Positions 13,445 through 26,427 of a DNA stretch of 63,590 nucleotides are shown here, piece by piece. This DNA is from Octopus bimaculoides (lineage: Eukaryota). The position numbers were made by a program, and so were the translations under genes. The DNA lies in the NCBI RefSeq assembly GCF_001194135.2, contig NC_068986.1:5801018-5864607 (forward strand), written 5' to 3'. Position 1 is the first letter of the stretch. Every line of letters starts with the position of its first letter. The notes beneath the pieces were generated by a model. The model was not told where the DNA came from. It did no database searches and saw only the letters and a list, made by a program, of their open reading frames with translations.

Positions 13445-14527
13445 CTGGTGCATACTGATAACCTTGAGCTGTGTTGGCAGCCAAATTACTGTAGTCTGAA
13501 TTTTGGTCTGTGTACATGTAATCATTGGGGTAGTCACCCCAATTGTAAGCCTGTGCTGTATTCTGGACATAGTTGACACCATCTTGGTTAATACCAGAAT
13601 TTTGAGGTTGAAGAACAGGATAACCATTATTATAAGTAGCAGCTACCTTTTGTTGGTAAGCATAGTTATTTCCCGAATAACCATACAAGTTCTGTTTCTG
13701 AGGAAACTGACTATTGTCTGAAATATACTGACTGTCCATATAATTCTGGTTAGCAGTTTGATAGCGCTGTCTTGATCTTTGTGGTAACTGAACTTGATTA
13801 TTAGCTCCAGAAAGCAACTCCTCTTGAGAATCACCATTGAGTCTATTGTAAGACTTTGGTTGGTTTATAGCAAACTTTTGATTTTCTTCAGCAATCAGAC
13901 CAGATGGTTTATGTCCTGATCCTACAAAACCTTGATTATCAACTTGGTTTATGCCTAACTGCTGGTGTTGGCTTGGGTAATTTGATATGAAATTTCTATT
14001 GCCAACATACTGAGGGTTCACATCAGGATGTTTTTGATATTGTGATAGCTGATTTTGATTCCATATTCTATTTGAAGAAGCTGAATTTGCTCTGTGTCTG
14101 TCAGTCTCTCGTGATGAAGGCTGAATTATATCTTCACTGAGAGAGAGTTTCTTTGAATTTCCATCATTTTCTTGAAGTAAATCCTTAGAGCCATCACTTT
14201 TAACCCAACCTTGATTCATGTTGGTGTTATGATTAGAAAATTGTTGTCCTTTACCTCTCTGAGCAACAGGTGGATTTGAAGTTGCAAATTCTTTTGGATT
14301 GAGTAATGCTTCTTTTGGTTTGTCCTTTTTTATCATAGTTTCAGTATTATACTTAGCTATTGGTAACTGACCTTTCTGTTTTAATAGTTTATTACTGCTT
14401 TCATCATGCTGAGATACACTAGGACCGACTGGTTTCAATTTTATTTTTCTGAACTTAGCAGTAGGCATTTTCTTGGGATTAGCATCCACTTGGTAAAGAA
14501 TTTCATTTTGACTTCCATCTTTGAATG
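13445..14527 (-). CDS. LRP11: LRP11-like exon 5 (long Q/N/S/Y-rich low-complexity region)
   Basis: Lies inside the 396-aa ORF 13350-14540. Acceptor tttgttcag|CA and donor CCAG|GTACTA give 1083 nt, phase 1-1, in frame with exon 4. Exons 1-5 total 2062 nt. Confidence 0.8.
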
Positions 14528-16747
14528 CTGAACAAATCATCGAAAAATTTCATGTTAATGCCAAGATAAATAAACAAGACATTTGTTAAACTATAAGTAC
14601 CGCCTTTGCTTCAAAGCAGCAAAACAATTTCAAATAACACTGAATAACTCTTCGCAATTGACAAAACTGTATGCTTTTATTTTAATATAAGTACAAAGAA
14701 AAAAATATTACCACAAAATGAACATTCAGAAATATAATTTAGAAATTAATATTGATAAAACTCAAAATAATTTAGTATATCACAGAGGATGATTCATAAA
14801 CAATTTTGAAATAAATCATTTTAAAGTGATATGAACCATTTTATGGTATTAGCTTTCTTTTTATTTTCATTTCATTTTCTAATCTTAAGAGACAAAACAT
14901 ATCTAACATCTACTATGAATTCAATCTCTAAAACAACCTTCAAAGTTTTATAAAAAGTGCTTTAAAAACATAGGGTTGTTTTAAATACAAATTATGAAAT
15001 TTGTAACTTTTTAATGATCAAAGAATTCAGTTTAATAGTTGGGGTGTAGAGGAAATTTTTAAAAATTTTAGCTATAAGTTTAAAGCTGAAAGGAACATAC
15101 CATATGCAAGAAAATAGTCTATAATCCAACTAATTTGATTACTTCTTAAAGCTTAAGGTCTTTTTAGAGTTAATTTTCTCAACAGTAGTACAGTGCATGA
15201 ACATATTTTAACAGAGTCAAAGCAAAATTGATTCTGGCATGAGGCACTGATATTTAAAAAAATATTATATAGCTCTTTACTATCAGTGTCAACTCCACTA
15301 CTAGGCGTAAGTAATGTAAGCAAATAGATAACTATAAATGAAATATATATGGCATATGTCATGTGAGTTACAGCTTGGTCCTGTAAATATAACATGAGCT
15401 ATTATTTGTAAATATCAAAAATGATATGTTATGAGGATAATTTAAATTTTATTACTAGTTAGGATTTGCAAAGAAATATATCTACTTATTTGATATAATT
15501 TAAGAGCTTCATTACAGAAAATTGTACCTCGTTTGTTATATTGAATTTTATTGCATTAAAATGTAGTAATTTATTTTGCATCTCAAACATATCATTAAAC
15601 TTACTTAATGTAATTATTTTATTGCAGTAGTTGAAAAATAGAATATTATAATAATTGTGCTTTTTACATAAAAGTGAAGCCTGAGAATTTTAGATGAGAT
15701 GAAATTTGGAGTTGTAACATTCACATCATTGTTAAAAGCATAAGCAATATAATCAGAAGGAAACAGTTTCATCTGGAAATTAAAACTAGATGACAGACTT
15801 TAAAAAGAAAGGGATGAGGATTAAAGCAATTCAAGGTGGTTATTTTTTTTTTTTTGTATGAATAATAATTTATCAAGGATACAAATAACAGAAGGAATTT
15901 ATTAAAAATAAATTAAAATAAAGATAAAAACAATATTTGAAGAAATAAATATATAAGGAAAAATGAGATAAATGGTATCTAAAATTGAAATATTACAGTC
16001 TTCAATTTGGATCATGATATCACTTATGTTATTGATTATAACATATGATCTTGGAGCAGGACATGAGAGGAAGTGATGAAAGTTAGATCTATTGATGAGC
16101 CTTACACAGAAGATGAAACTAAACTGAGAAAAGTAGTGATATGTTGTACTACAGACTTATGTAGTTCATGAGAAAAAAACAAACTGATGTTTAAAATACG
16201 ATCATGATGATGATAGTAATGATGCTGACAAGATGGATTTGTAAACTACATAAAGAAGTAGGAATTGTAGAAATTAAGATATATTTGAAACTAAATTTAC
16301 AAAAATATACATTTGGTTGTAAATTTAAAAAAAAAAATTAATCATAATTTCTGAAGGGAGGGATGAAGAAGAAAAATAAAATTTTTCAAAATAATTATAA
16401 TAATGATTCCTTTACTTGCCACAAGGGCACAAAATAATAATAATAACATTTAAATACAAATACTGAAAGAGGAAATGGAAGATAGTTATAACCAGTGGTT
16501 CTGTTACATTCTCAGAATGCATCAGCATGCAACATTCCATTTTAAGTTCAAATTAAAGTTAAAAAAATAAGAAAACAAACAAAATATTTACAATATATAA
16601 CAATAAAAAACAAACAGTTTTAGAGAATGATAAAAGGAAAAAATGAATAAATAAAAAAAGTAACATGATACGAGAAAGCACTTTGACATTAGTTTAGCTA
16701 AACTAAGGCAAAAATGAAGAGGCAAAAATAAGAAAGAAAATATTTAC

Positions 16748-16891
16748 CATTAGAAGAACATCCAAACTCATCTGAACCATCACCACATTGAGGTATTCCA
16801 TCACAAACATTTGCCAGTTCAATGCATTCTACACCAATACTCTTAGAACCTCTTTCCTCACACTCAAAATGATGTTTGTCACATTGTCTTC
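16748..16891 (-). CDS. LRP11: LRP11-like exon 4 (LDL-receptor class A domain)
   Basis: Acceptor tatttttag|GA; RQCDKHHFECEERGSKSIGVECIELANVCDGIPQCGDGSDEFGC contains the LDLa C..CDG..QC.DGSDE..C signature. 144 nt, phase 1-1; donor AATG|GTAAAT. Confidence 0.92.
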
Positions 16892-19690
16892 CTAAAAATA
16901 TAAGCAATAATAATATAACTTTTCATCATTAGCAAAAATATTCTCCTGTAAAATGTAACTGGTTAAAATGTATTTTGCTCAACCAAATATAAATCTATTT
17001 TCAATTTTAAGTTTATTTCACCCATTAAGTCAATTAACAAAGAATTTCTACCAGAGGAAAAAAAAATGTCTATTTCAGTGTTTCTCACAGAGAAGGGGCC
17101 AGCCCCTATCTGTGAGTGAATGTTGGGGTTCAAGAAGATAGAGAAAGAAGCTGATTAATTGCCATTATTATCATTTTTAATATCCATTTTCTATATTAGC
17201 ATGGGCTGGATGATTTGACAGGAACCAACATGCCAGTTGACTGCACCAAGCTCCAATATTTGCTTTAGCAGGGTTTATATGGCTGGATGCCCTTCCTAAT
17301 GTCAACTGCTTCACAGAGTGTAGTGAGTGCCTTTTGCATGGCACCAACACAAGTGAAGTCCACAAGTAATTTTCAAGACAAGACCCCTCAACTGGGGGAA
17401 GGGGTATTAATGAAGGTAGTTTTATGCCAGGTAATGAGAAGTTAAAAAAAAATTATAGAGGGACAGAAACAAGTGCAGTAGAGGAGATAGTTTTAAACTT
17501 TTAAAACTTGTCCAGCCTCACAGTGAAGGAAGACCAATAATATGAATGTAGAACTGGCAAAGTCATTAGAGCTGCAGAGTATTTGCTCCAACTTTCTGAG
17601 TTTAAATAGAACCAAGGTCAACCTTGCTTTGCTTTTTTTCCAGAGTCAATGGAAAAGTACCAGTCTAGAACTGTTAAGGTGTTGGGTGAGAAACCTTATG
17701 GTATTTCTTCCAGTCTTTTGCATTCTGAATTCAAATCCTGACACAGCCTACATGAAAACTAGACTTAATTCATTACCTGCTCTAACACCCCCAACCTGGC
17801 CCCTTGGGTGCCTTTAGTGGAGTCCACTCTATTGCAAGCATTTAGGCCAGGTGCCCACTTTGAAGATACCTTCCTCCCTCCTTCCCACTAGTCTTGAAGA
17901 GCCCTGTAAAGTATCATGGATACTACCTTCCTAATTAAAAGACTAAAACAAACAAAAAAAAACTTTGTTGTGTCTAGGGAAGGTCATTATGCCAATATTA
18001 ATAACACACACTGGTTCAATTCCACTCCTTCATTATCAGTCAATTGGTTAAATATCCAATTAACTAATCGATTGTCTGATTTTTTTTTTTTTTTTGTCCA
18101 AATCTCTTTCGTTGCTATTTCCAACCTTTTCAATGACATTTCTCTTAGTTAATGAACTCTATTTTGTCTTCTCATCATAAAAAGAGGAGTGGGCAAAAAA
18201 TTTCATTAACATCTTGGTAGGTGGCTAGGGTTGGTATTTGACAGTTTGAGAACCATTAATCTACTACATGCTGTGATAGGTGCATGATTAAAAAATAACA
18301 CACACATTCACTTTTCAATGTGAGCAGTGATATGTATTTTGTAACAGCCACATAACAATCTAACTATTATTTAACTGTAGAAGAGTAACAGTGAATATTT
18401 TTCAGCCAAATAGGCACAATATAATGAGTCATAAGTTCAACCATACTTGTTTAACTAATCACAATGGTGTCTTCAAAGTGACCTAGATAAAAACAAGTTT
18501 ATTCAAACTAGCAGCAGAAAATTAAGATATTTTGGAAAGATTGGACTGTAACTTAAGATAGCCAAGATAAATATGAATTTATGATGTTAGACAGAAAATA
18601 ATATAGGATCTGAGAGAACTGTGATTAATAAGGAACCAATTCAGAGCAGATATTGTTTCCGATATTAAAAACAGAAATGTATTTGCAGTTAAGTTCAGTC
18701 ATTTCTAGAATCTTTATAGTTTAATTTGTTTTTATTGAAGTTCTTTTCTACAATCGCAGAGAGATAAGGATGTAACATCGTTACAGATATTCTTGTTGCC
18801 AGTAATGAAAAAATCTAATCATACAGTGGTATACAAACTATAATGAACTTCAGAAGACAATAAGACATTACAAGCCAGCTAAAAAGTATCTTCTCCATAC
18901 TTAAATCTCTAACTATCTGCTGGTAGGCCTTTATTGGTACCTTAAGGAAAACAGTGAAGATTCTAGAAAAACCAAAATCAAGGAAATTAAAAAGAATATT
19001 CCAAGATTTGAGGAACTCTAAATAATAATGTTGTGTCAACTGCAGATAAACATGAAAGCTAATTAACAATCTTACAAATGTTACAGAATATTTTGCCCTT
19101 ATAGACCAAGAAAATACCTGTAAGACCACTAACCACACCAAAAGAGTTTCATAAGTCCACATATTACATCAGGAGGGTTTCATAAGAACACTAACCAAGC
19201 CAGGAAAGTCCTACAATGCTGCTAATCAAACCAGGAAAGTCCTATAAAACTACTAATTAGATCAGGAAAATCCCATAAAACTGCTAATCAGCCATTCTGT
19301 CTAAGAATAAAGATATTTATTGAACCAATGTGAGTATCACTACATAGCCATTCGATCTGTTAGAAATAGCAGCACATGTCCCTCTTTATCCCCTACCGTC
19401 TTGAAAAGAAAGAGATACACTGAAAAATGTAGTCTTTGATCTGCAATGCCTGAGAGAAGACTAGGATGGTCATGAATGGAAGCAACTGTTTATCATAAGT
19501 CTGCTCAGTCAGAAATGACCAGGGGCTAAATAACAAAAAACAGTGATAACTACAATAAAAATAAAAAAGACCGATATTTAAAAAGCAAACAAATTATGGT
19601 AATTTTTCTTTCGTTCCAAGAAATTATTCCCTATAAATATTTCAAGTCATGAATCTTGATAGCAAAATTGAATTGAAAAGAGATACTCAC

Positions 19691-19804
19691 TGCAAATTCC
19701 ATATTTGATGATATAGCCCTCCTGACACCTACATTTCCCTTGGATACATTCTGCATGTCTGTCTTCACATTTATCTGCTGGTGTACACACATCATCAAGA
19801 GACA
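19691..19804 (-). CDS. LRP11: LRP11-like exon 3 (6-Cys EB/EGF-like module)
   Basis: Acceptor ctattttag|TG; VSLDDVCTPADKCEDRHAECIQGKCRCQEGYIIKYGIC. 114 nt, phase 1-1; donor GCA|GTGAGT. Confidence 0.85.
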
Positions 19805-20363
19805 CTAAAATAGAAATATTGCACAAATCCATTTTAATTAAAAATGTAAAAATGGCAGTGTGGTGTATAAAACACTAAATGGGGATATCAATAAATATGG
19901 TGTATAAAAAATATTTATATCAAATTAAACATACATTAAATAGTGACATGAATAAATATAGTGTATAAAAAAACACCATGTCCACCAAACTGAACATAAG
20001 CAAAACAGGAAAAACAAAACATAACAAGAAAAGAACAATATAAATGCTTGTTTTTCTTGTAATATAAATAATTTAGGATGGAAGAAAGAGAGGCCATAGC
20101 CTTTTTCAAGTTTTCTTACTGTGAGGAAGTTGACAGCCTTTATACATCCTGATGTGAGGTGATTGAAGTAACTGTGTATGGTAGAACAAGAGATAACTTC
20201 TGCATAATGTGGTTTTATTTGCAATTAAATGAGGTTTTGAGGGAGCCTCTCTGTGGACAGTCAATCTGTTAGAGATCACAACCAAATCTCCCTTAAAGCA
20301 TATGCTATTATTTTAAGAGAGGATACACGAGATCAGACAGGGTAGCTTTTTCAAGAAATAAGC

Positions 20364-22560
20364 TCATCATCTGTTGTCCATGCTGCCATGGGTTGGACGG
20401 TTTGACTGGGCTCGCATGCTAGAAGGTTGTACCAGTCTGATTTGGCATGGTTTTCTACGGCTGGACGCCCTTCCTAATGCCAACCACTCTGAGAGTGTAA
20501 TGGGTGCTTTCACGTGCCATTTGCAAGACACAAGGGTGTGTTTACGTGCCAATTTGTGTGACACTGGTATCTGCCATGACTGCGATTTTGCTTGGCTTGA
20601 TGGGTCTTCCCAAGCACAACATAATGCCAAAGGTCTTTGTCATTGCCTTCGTGAAACCCAACACTCAAAGGGAACTCAGCCAACTTGCCTCTGGGAAGCC
20701 GAACACTCAAAAGGAACTCAGCCACTTTGCTTCCATCAGGCCCAACACTTGAAAGGAACTCAGCCACTTTGCGTCCGTGAAGCCCAAAGTTCAAAAGATG
20801 ATCTTCACATGCCACTAGCACGGGTGCATTTGGCTTGACAAGTCCTCTCAAGCACAGCATATCACTAAGGCCTCAGTCATCAGTCACTGCCTCTGTGAAG
20901 CTTAAAGTTCGAAGGTCATGCTTCACCACCTCGTCTTCCTGGGTCTACGTCTACCACAGGTTCACCCCACAGTTAGAGACTGACACTTATTTACACAGCT
21001 GTCCTCATCCATATACATCACATAACCATACCAGCACAGTCGTTTCTCTTGTACACCACATCTGGTTCTTCTTATGCCTAACTTTTCTCTCATGATACTT
21101 ACACTCTGTTGAACATGCACACTGACATTGCACATCAAGTGAAGCTGAGTGGCTTCATTTCTTTCAAGCCTACACATGTCCTCGGCTGTCATGGCCCATA
21201 TTTCACTGCCATCCAGCATAGCTGTTCGCACACAGGCATCAAACAATCTCCTTTCACTTTGAGAGAGAGGCCCTTTGTTGCTAGCAGAGGTAGGAGCTAT
21301 CTGAACTTTGCCCAGCCTAATCTTATTCTCACAGCTACGCTCTTGGACCATCCACCTCCACTACTAACTTGGTCACCTAGATAATGGAAGCGATCTACTA
21401 CCTCTAGCTTGCCCCACTGGTAGTTGATGGAATCTATTTTCAGCGCATTTTCAGCATTTATTGTACCTGTGCACCGTCCACATACAAAATTTAGTTTCCC
21501 TGTTAACCTTCTTCTGATGTTGCTGCACCTTTTATGTGTCCAAAGCTTACACCAAGTGCATCTGATGAAGTTTCTACCTACACCTTTTCTACAGATTAAG
21601 CAGGGCCATCTACCAGAAGGGATTTGCGATTTGTCTACCTTCCTACTTACTATGACTTTGGTTTTTGCTAGGTTAACTCTAAGGCCCTTTGATTCTAGAC
21701 CCTGCTTCCATATCTGGAACTTCTCTAGTTCAGGTAGTGATTCAGCTATAAGACCAAGGTCGTCAGCATAGAGGAGCTCCCAAGGGCAGCCTGTCTTGAA
21801 TTCCTGTTATTGCTTGAAGGACTATGGTGAACCCCTACTTGTATCCTGAATTCTTTGCTGTACTTGTTGCCCACCCTCACCTTACTGATAGTATCCCTGT
21901 ACAAGGCAGGTATTTCTCCTGAAGTTGCCTTACCAGAAATCTAGCATCATTGGTGCTTCTATCTGATGCAAAACCAAACTGCATCTCATCTAGACTAATT
22001 CTCTACCTAATTAGCTATGACTCTCTCTGCAATTTTGATAACCTGATCCAACAATTTGATACCTCTGTAATTATTTCTATCTAAGGTATTACCTTTACCT
22101 TTTCAGCAGTTGACTATGGTGCTGCTACACCAGTCATTGGGTATGACTCCTTCATGAGCCATCTGATTTACAATATGGGTGACTAGACCATAACCCACAC
22201 CACCAGATATTTTAAGCATCTCAGTAGTGATTCCTGATGGGCTAGGGGTTTTCCCTGTCTTGATATCCTTAATTGCTTTTTCTACCAGGGTACTGTTGAT
22301 TAGGGTAGCTGGTTCCTCAATTGGCAAACTCTCCTCTTCCCATTAATTCTCTATGTTCAGCAGTCTTTCATAATGGTATCTCCAAGCCTCTTTCTTTGCA
22401 GACTCATTAAAAGCAAGTGCACCATCATCCATGCAGACACATTTCTCTCCTATGACATCACAATTTTCTCTCACACACTGTCTTGCAATCCAAAATACTT
22501 CAGTTCTTTGGTCCTCACGATGCTGAACATAGGCAAAACTTCTTTTCTGATGCATTTTAT
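20364..22560 (-). mobile_element. 5'-truncated RTE-clade LINE with continuous RT, PHD insertion, 3' UTR and (GAT)n tail
   Basis: KAIKDIKTGKTPSPSGITTEMLK; ELLYADDL (21759-21770); GLRVNLAKTK; RLCWYGYV; 3' UTR running to a catcat tail at 20364. Internal deletions and stops. Confidence 0.9.
20651..20797. repeat. 42-bp minisatellite (3.5 copies) in the RTE 3' UTR
   Basis: ggaactcagcc recurs at 20671, 20713 and 20755. Confidence 0.9.
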
Positions 22561-23274
22561 CAAACAGGGGAGCAGATGAAAGGTACAGTTAAGTAGGTGT
22601 ACACAAGGAAACTAATGTGAGACTAGATACTGCAAAGTATTTTCAGTCAGCATACTTTTTTATTCCCATTGGCGATACACACACACATACTCATATATAT
22701 ATGTATGCTGCAGTTTGGAGCAAAATTCTAGCACAAAGGTTCTTAACTAAAATCATGACAGAAATTTTATATTTAAATATGAACACTTTAAAACAGACAG
22801 TTTTGTATCATGGAATCTATCAGATGTAGATAGGTATCAAAAGGGTTAAGAGAGGGCCTTGACAATTCCTTGAGAATGTTGTATAAATGCAAAAAAAAAA
22901 AAAAAAAACAGTAGCAGAATTGTTAGCACACCAGGCAAAATACTTAGCAGCATTTTATCTGTCTTTATGCTGAGTTCAAGTTCTGCCATGGTTAACTTCA
23001 CCTTTCATCCTTTCAGAGTCAATAAAATAAGTACCAGTTGAGCACTGGGGTCAATATAATTGACTTACCTCCTCCCCCAAATTTGCTGGACTCGTGCCAA
23101 AATTTGAAACCAATCATCATCATCATCATTTAACATGTGTTGTCCATGCTGGCATGGGTTGGATGGTGTGACCAGAGCTAGCAAGCCAGGGGGCTGCACC
23201 AGATTCCAGTCTGATTGGACCTGGTTTCTATGGCTGGATGCCTTTCCTAATGCCAACCACTTTGCAAAGTGTGC

Positions 23275-23470
23275 TGGATGCTTTTATGTGGCACTACACA
23301 GGCACTTTTATGTGACACTGCACAGGTGCTTTTACATAGCACCACATGAGCACTTTATGTGGCACCACATGGGCACTTTTACATGGCACTGCATGGGTAC
23401 TGCACAAACACTTTTACGTGGCTCCGCACAAGCGCTTTTATGTGCCACTGCATGGGTGCTTTTACGTAGC
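23275..23470. repeat. About 21-bp degenerate minisatellite (about 9 copies) in an RTE 3'-UTR copy
   Basis: Recurrent (g/c)(c/a)ttttatgtggcactacacag-like units. Confidence 0.75.
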
Positions 23471-23531
23471 ATGCAAAAGTACATAGAATAAAGAAAGAAA
23501 ACTATAGCAAAATATATAAACATTTGGTTAC

Positions 23532-23808
23532 CTATTTTTGTTCTTTTTTTCAAAGTAGTAGGCTGGAATGTAGTAGGGGTTGTTGTTGTTGTTGTTGTAG
23601 TTGTGGTACTTTGTACTATAGAGTCCTTTGAAGAGCCTTGGTTATCGAGGCCTGCCAGCTCACTTTCATGTTTGATTGCAAGGTGTGCGTGAGATGTCTC
23701 CACTTTATCTTTCATTTGCTGGAAATTCATGGAGATGTAACTGTTGTGTGGGGCAAAAACACAAACACTTGGATTTCCGCAGTCAAAAAGGTAACAGCTG
23801 TAATCCTT
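23532..23808 (-). CDS. LRP11: LRP11-like exon 2 (end of MANEC domain, Thr-rich stalk)
   Basis: Acceptor ttttgcag|AAG; KDYSCYLFDCGNPSVCVFAPHNSY completes the MANEC CYLFxC motif; poly-Thr stalk. 277 nt; phase-1 donor ATAG|GTAACC. Confidence 0.88.
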
Positions 23809-25152
23809 CTGCAAAATTATAGTATGAAAAAAAATTAAATAAAGCAATTTTCATGAAGAACAATTTAATCTCAGAAGAATAAAGGAAATGTATTTTGTTT
23901 TAAGGTGGTTTTTAATAAAATCTACCATATCATATCAGCAGTAATAGTGAAACTGTTGCTACCACCACCACCACCACTACCATAGCCAGTAACAACAATA
24001 GTGAATCTATCACATCACAATCATCATCAGTAGCAACAATAAAAGTTTTCCTTTTTTATCATCATTAATAAAGTATTTCTCTTTATTTCTCTCAGTCTTC
24101 CTTTATTGTCTATTTACTTGATGTTTTTTTTTTTTACTTTACTCCAGTTTACAACATACGACCAGTTAATTCTTTCTTATGAAATAATAACACAACTCTT
24201 TTCCATATTAATTAAGCTGGCATTAATGAAGAATTAGTTTTCTCATAAAATATAGATACTTTAAATCATGAAACAAGAGGGTTGTTATCAAAAGGGTTAA
24301 TCCTTATCGTTCATTTTTCCCAATTTCATCTCTATAGCTTACTTGTCAAAAACAATTAGCAAATGACTTGTCAATGGATCCAAACTCTATTCCACTTGAA
24401 ATGTGTTCGCATGCCTGTGCATAAAAACCCTCCTTCACATTTTCTTTTTATTGTAATTGGAAAAAAAAAACCTCTCAATGTTCATTTTCTTAATTTCCTA
24501 TTTTTTTAACACAGCAATAAACTATCACAAGTATGTCATTCAACAGGTCTCAATAACTAACAATAAAGACTTGTAATAAAAACCATAGAATATGTAATTA
24601 CAAAAGGTGAATGGAATTGGGTAGGATCCAATAATATTAAGACAAGTTGAACTTTTTTTCTGTGCTTAAAAATAATAACAATACAAGCAATGAATTAGAA
24701 TGATGTAAAATGACAGTAAATGCATAAACTAATCACAATTCAGACATTGTGAGTTATATTGTCAATTCAAAGACATTTGTTTCATGATCAGTCCCAGAGA
24801 TGAAAGGAATGACAATGAAATATAAGGAAAGCAAAGGTATCAACCTCTATTTACTTGTGAAACCATTGAAAAATCTAACATATAACCTGAGCACATAACT
24901 AATAAATATAAGAACTTAAAAGAATATACTCCAGAAACCTTCTGTTATTATAAAAAGTAGACATGAAATATTTTGTGATCAGATTTATTTTGAATCTCAG
25001 AATCTGTTGTTTTTTATGACCACTCAATTATTAAGCCACAAATCTTTACAAAACTTGAATAATCAATTGGAGAGATACTTAATAAACCATGTAGCTGGTT
25101 AACACAACAGTCAAATATATCTTTATTGTCTTATCAATATATAGTATTTCAT

Positions 25153-25366
25153 AAGGCGGTGAGCTTGCAGAAATGTTAGCCTGCCAGCGAAATGCTTCGC
25201 GGTATTGCATCTGTCTTTACATTCTGAGTTCAAATTCCGCTGAAGTCGACTTTGTCTGTCATTCTTTCAGGGTTGATAAATTAAGTACCAGTTGCATACT
25301 GGGGTTGATCTAATCGACTGGCCCCTCCCCCAAAATTTCTGGCATTGTGCCTAGAGTAGAAAAGAA
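25153..25366 (+). mobile_element. tRNA-derived SINE family B (representative, relatively young copy)
   Basis: aaggcggtgagcttgcagaaatgttagc...gagttcaaattcc...gtcgactttg...taagtaccag...aaaattt...gtgcctagagtagaaaag. Other copies near 780-970 (-), 4680, 5215, 22910, 36620 and 40380. Confidence 0.75.
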
Positions 25367-26392
25367 TATATGGTATTTCATGATTTTGGCACTGTTCCAC
25401 AGGCTGGATGTTCTTTCTGTAACCAACCACTTTTCGCAAAAGATGACAAAGGAACACAAGAAATAGTGAGATGTGTTGGAGAAGACCTGCCCAACACCTG
25501 TAAGCATGGTAAGGAATATGTAAAATTGATGAAGATGATGATGCCCGTCTTATATCATGGAATCACATGTCACTATTTCTTTCTTAACTAGCATGAAAAA
25601 TACAGATAGAATGGTTATTGAAAAAAAAAATGTGTTTTTAACTGAATTTAAATAACTTAATTTTAAGTGGGAGTATGGTCTATTAATTAAATTCTATCAC
25701 TGATGAAATAACTAAAATGTATTTAGTAGATTATAAAGTCTGATATTGAACTTTCCTATAGCTGATTTATATTTGAGGGATTTAACATAATGAAACATGT
25801 AGCCAATCATTATCATCATCATCCTTTAATGTTTGTTTTCTATGCTGGGGCATGCATTGGGTGTTTTGACCAGAGCAGGTAATCCAGGGAACTGTACCAG
25901 GTTCCAGTCTGATTTGGCTTGGTTTCTATGGCTGGAGTGGCACCAGCACAAGCACTTGTAACTGGCACTGACACGAGTGCTTTTTATTTGGCACTGACAC
26001 AGAACTCTTGCAGGCCAATCCCCTTTATCAGGAGGAGCAGCATTAACACTTCTGCTGTGGAGGATGGGTCTTCTTGAGTACAAGGCAAGTCATTAATGAG
26101 CCAGTAGTTTATTACCCATGTGATATAGGTGTACTTAATTAGAACTAATCAAAGCCTCTACAGAATAAAACTTCTATTAGTATACAACCAAGTTCTATGA
26201 CATAGCTATTACTTTCTCACAATGGATCAATTACAACTTCTGTCATAAAATATATTATTTTGCCATTTTTGCTTTCACTAACAAGACAATAGACAATATT
26301 GTGAGCGATAGTAGAAAGTCTTGACCTGTTACAATTAGTAGTTATCAAATCTTACCCTATCATCTTAAAAAGAGACACATTTAATAATGTAG

Positions 26393-26427
<35 letters not shown>

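Noticed and set aside
15153-15395. 80-aa minus-strand ORF with an acceptor-like ttacag and a hydrophobic run, in intron 4 of the LRP11-like gene
   Set aside because: The open frame is phase 0 but the upstream donor is phase 1; in the compatible frame it stops after about 26 codons. No domain similarity; AT-rich.
20651-20797. CRISPR-like array
   Set aside because: A eukaryotic minisatellite with contiguous 42-bp units, no unique spacers and no cas genes.
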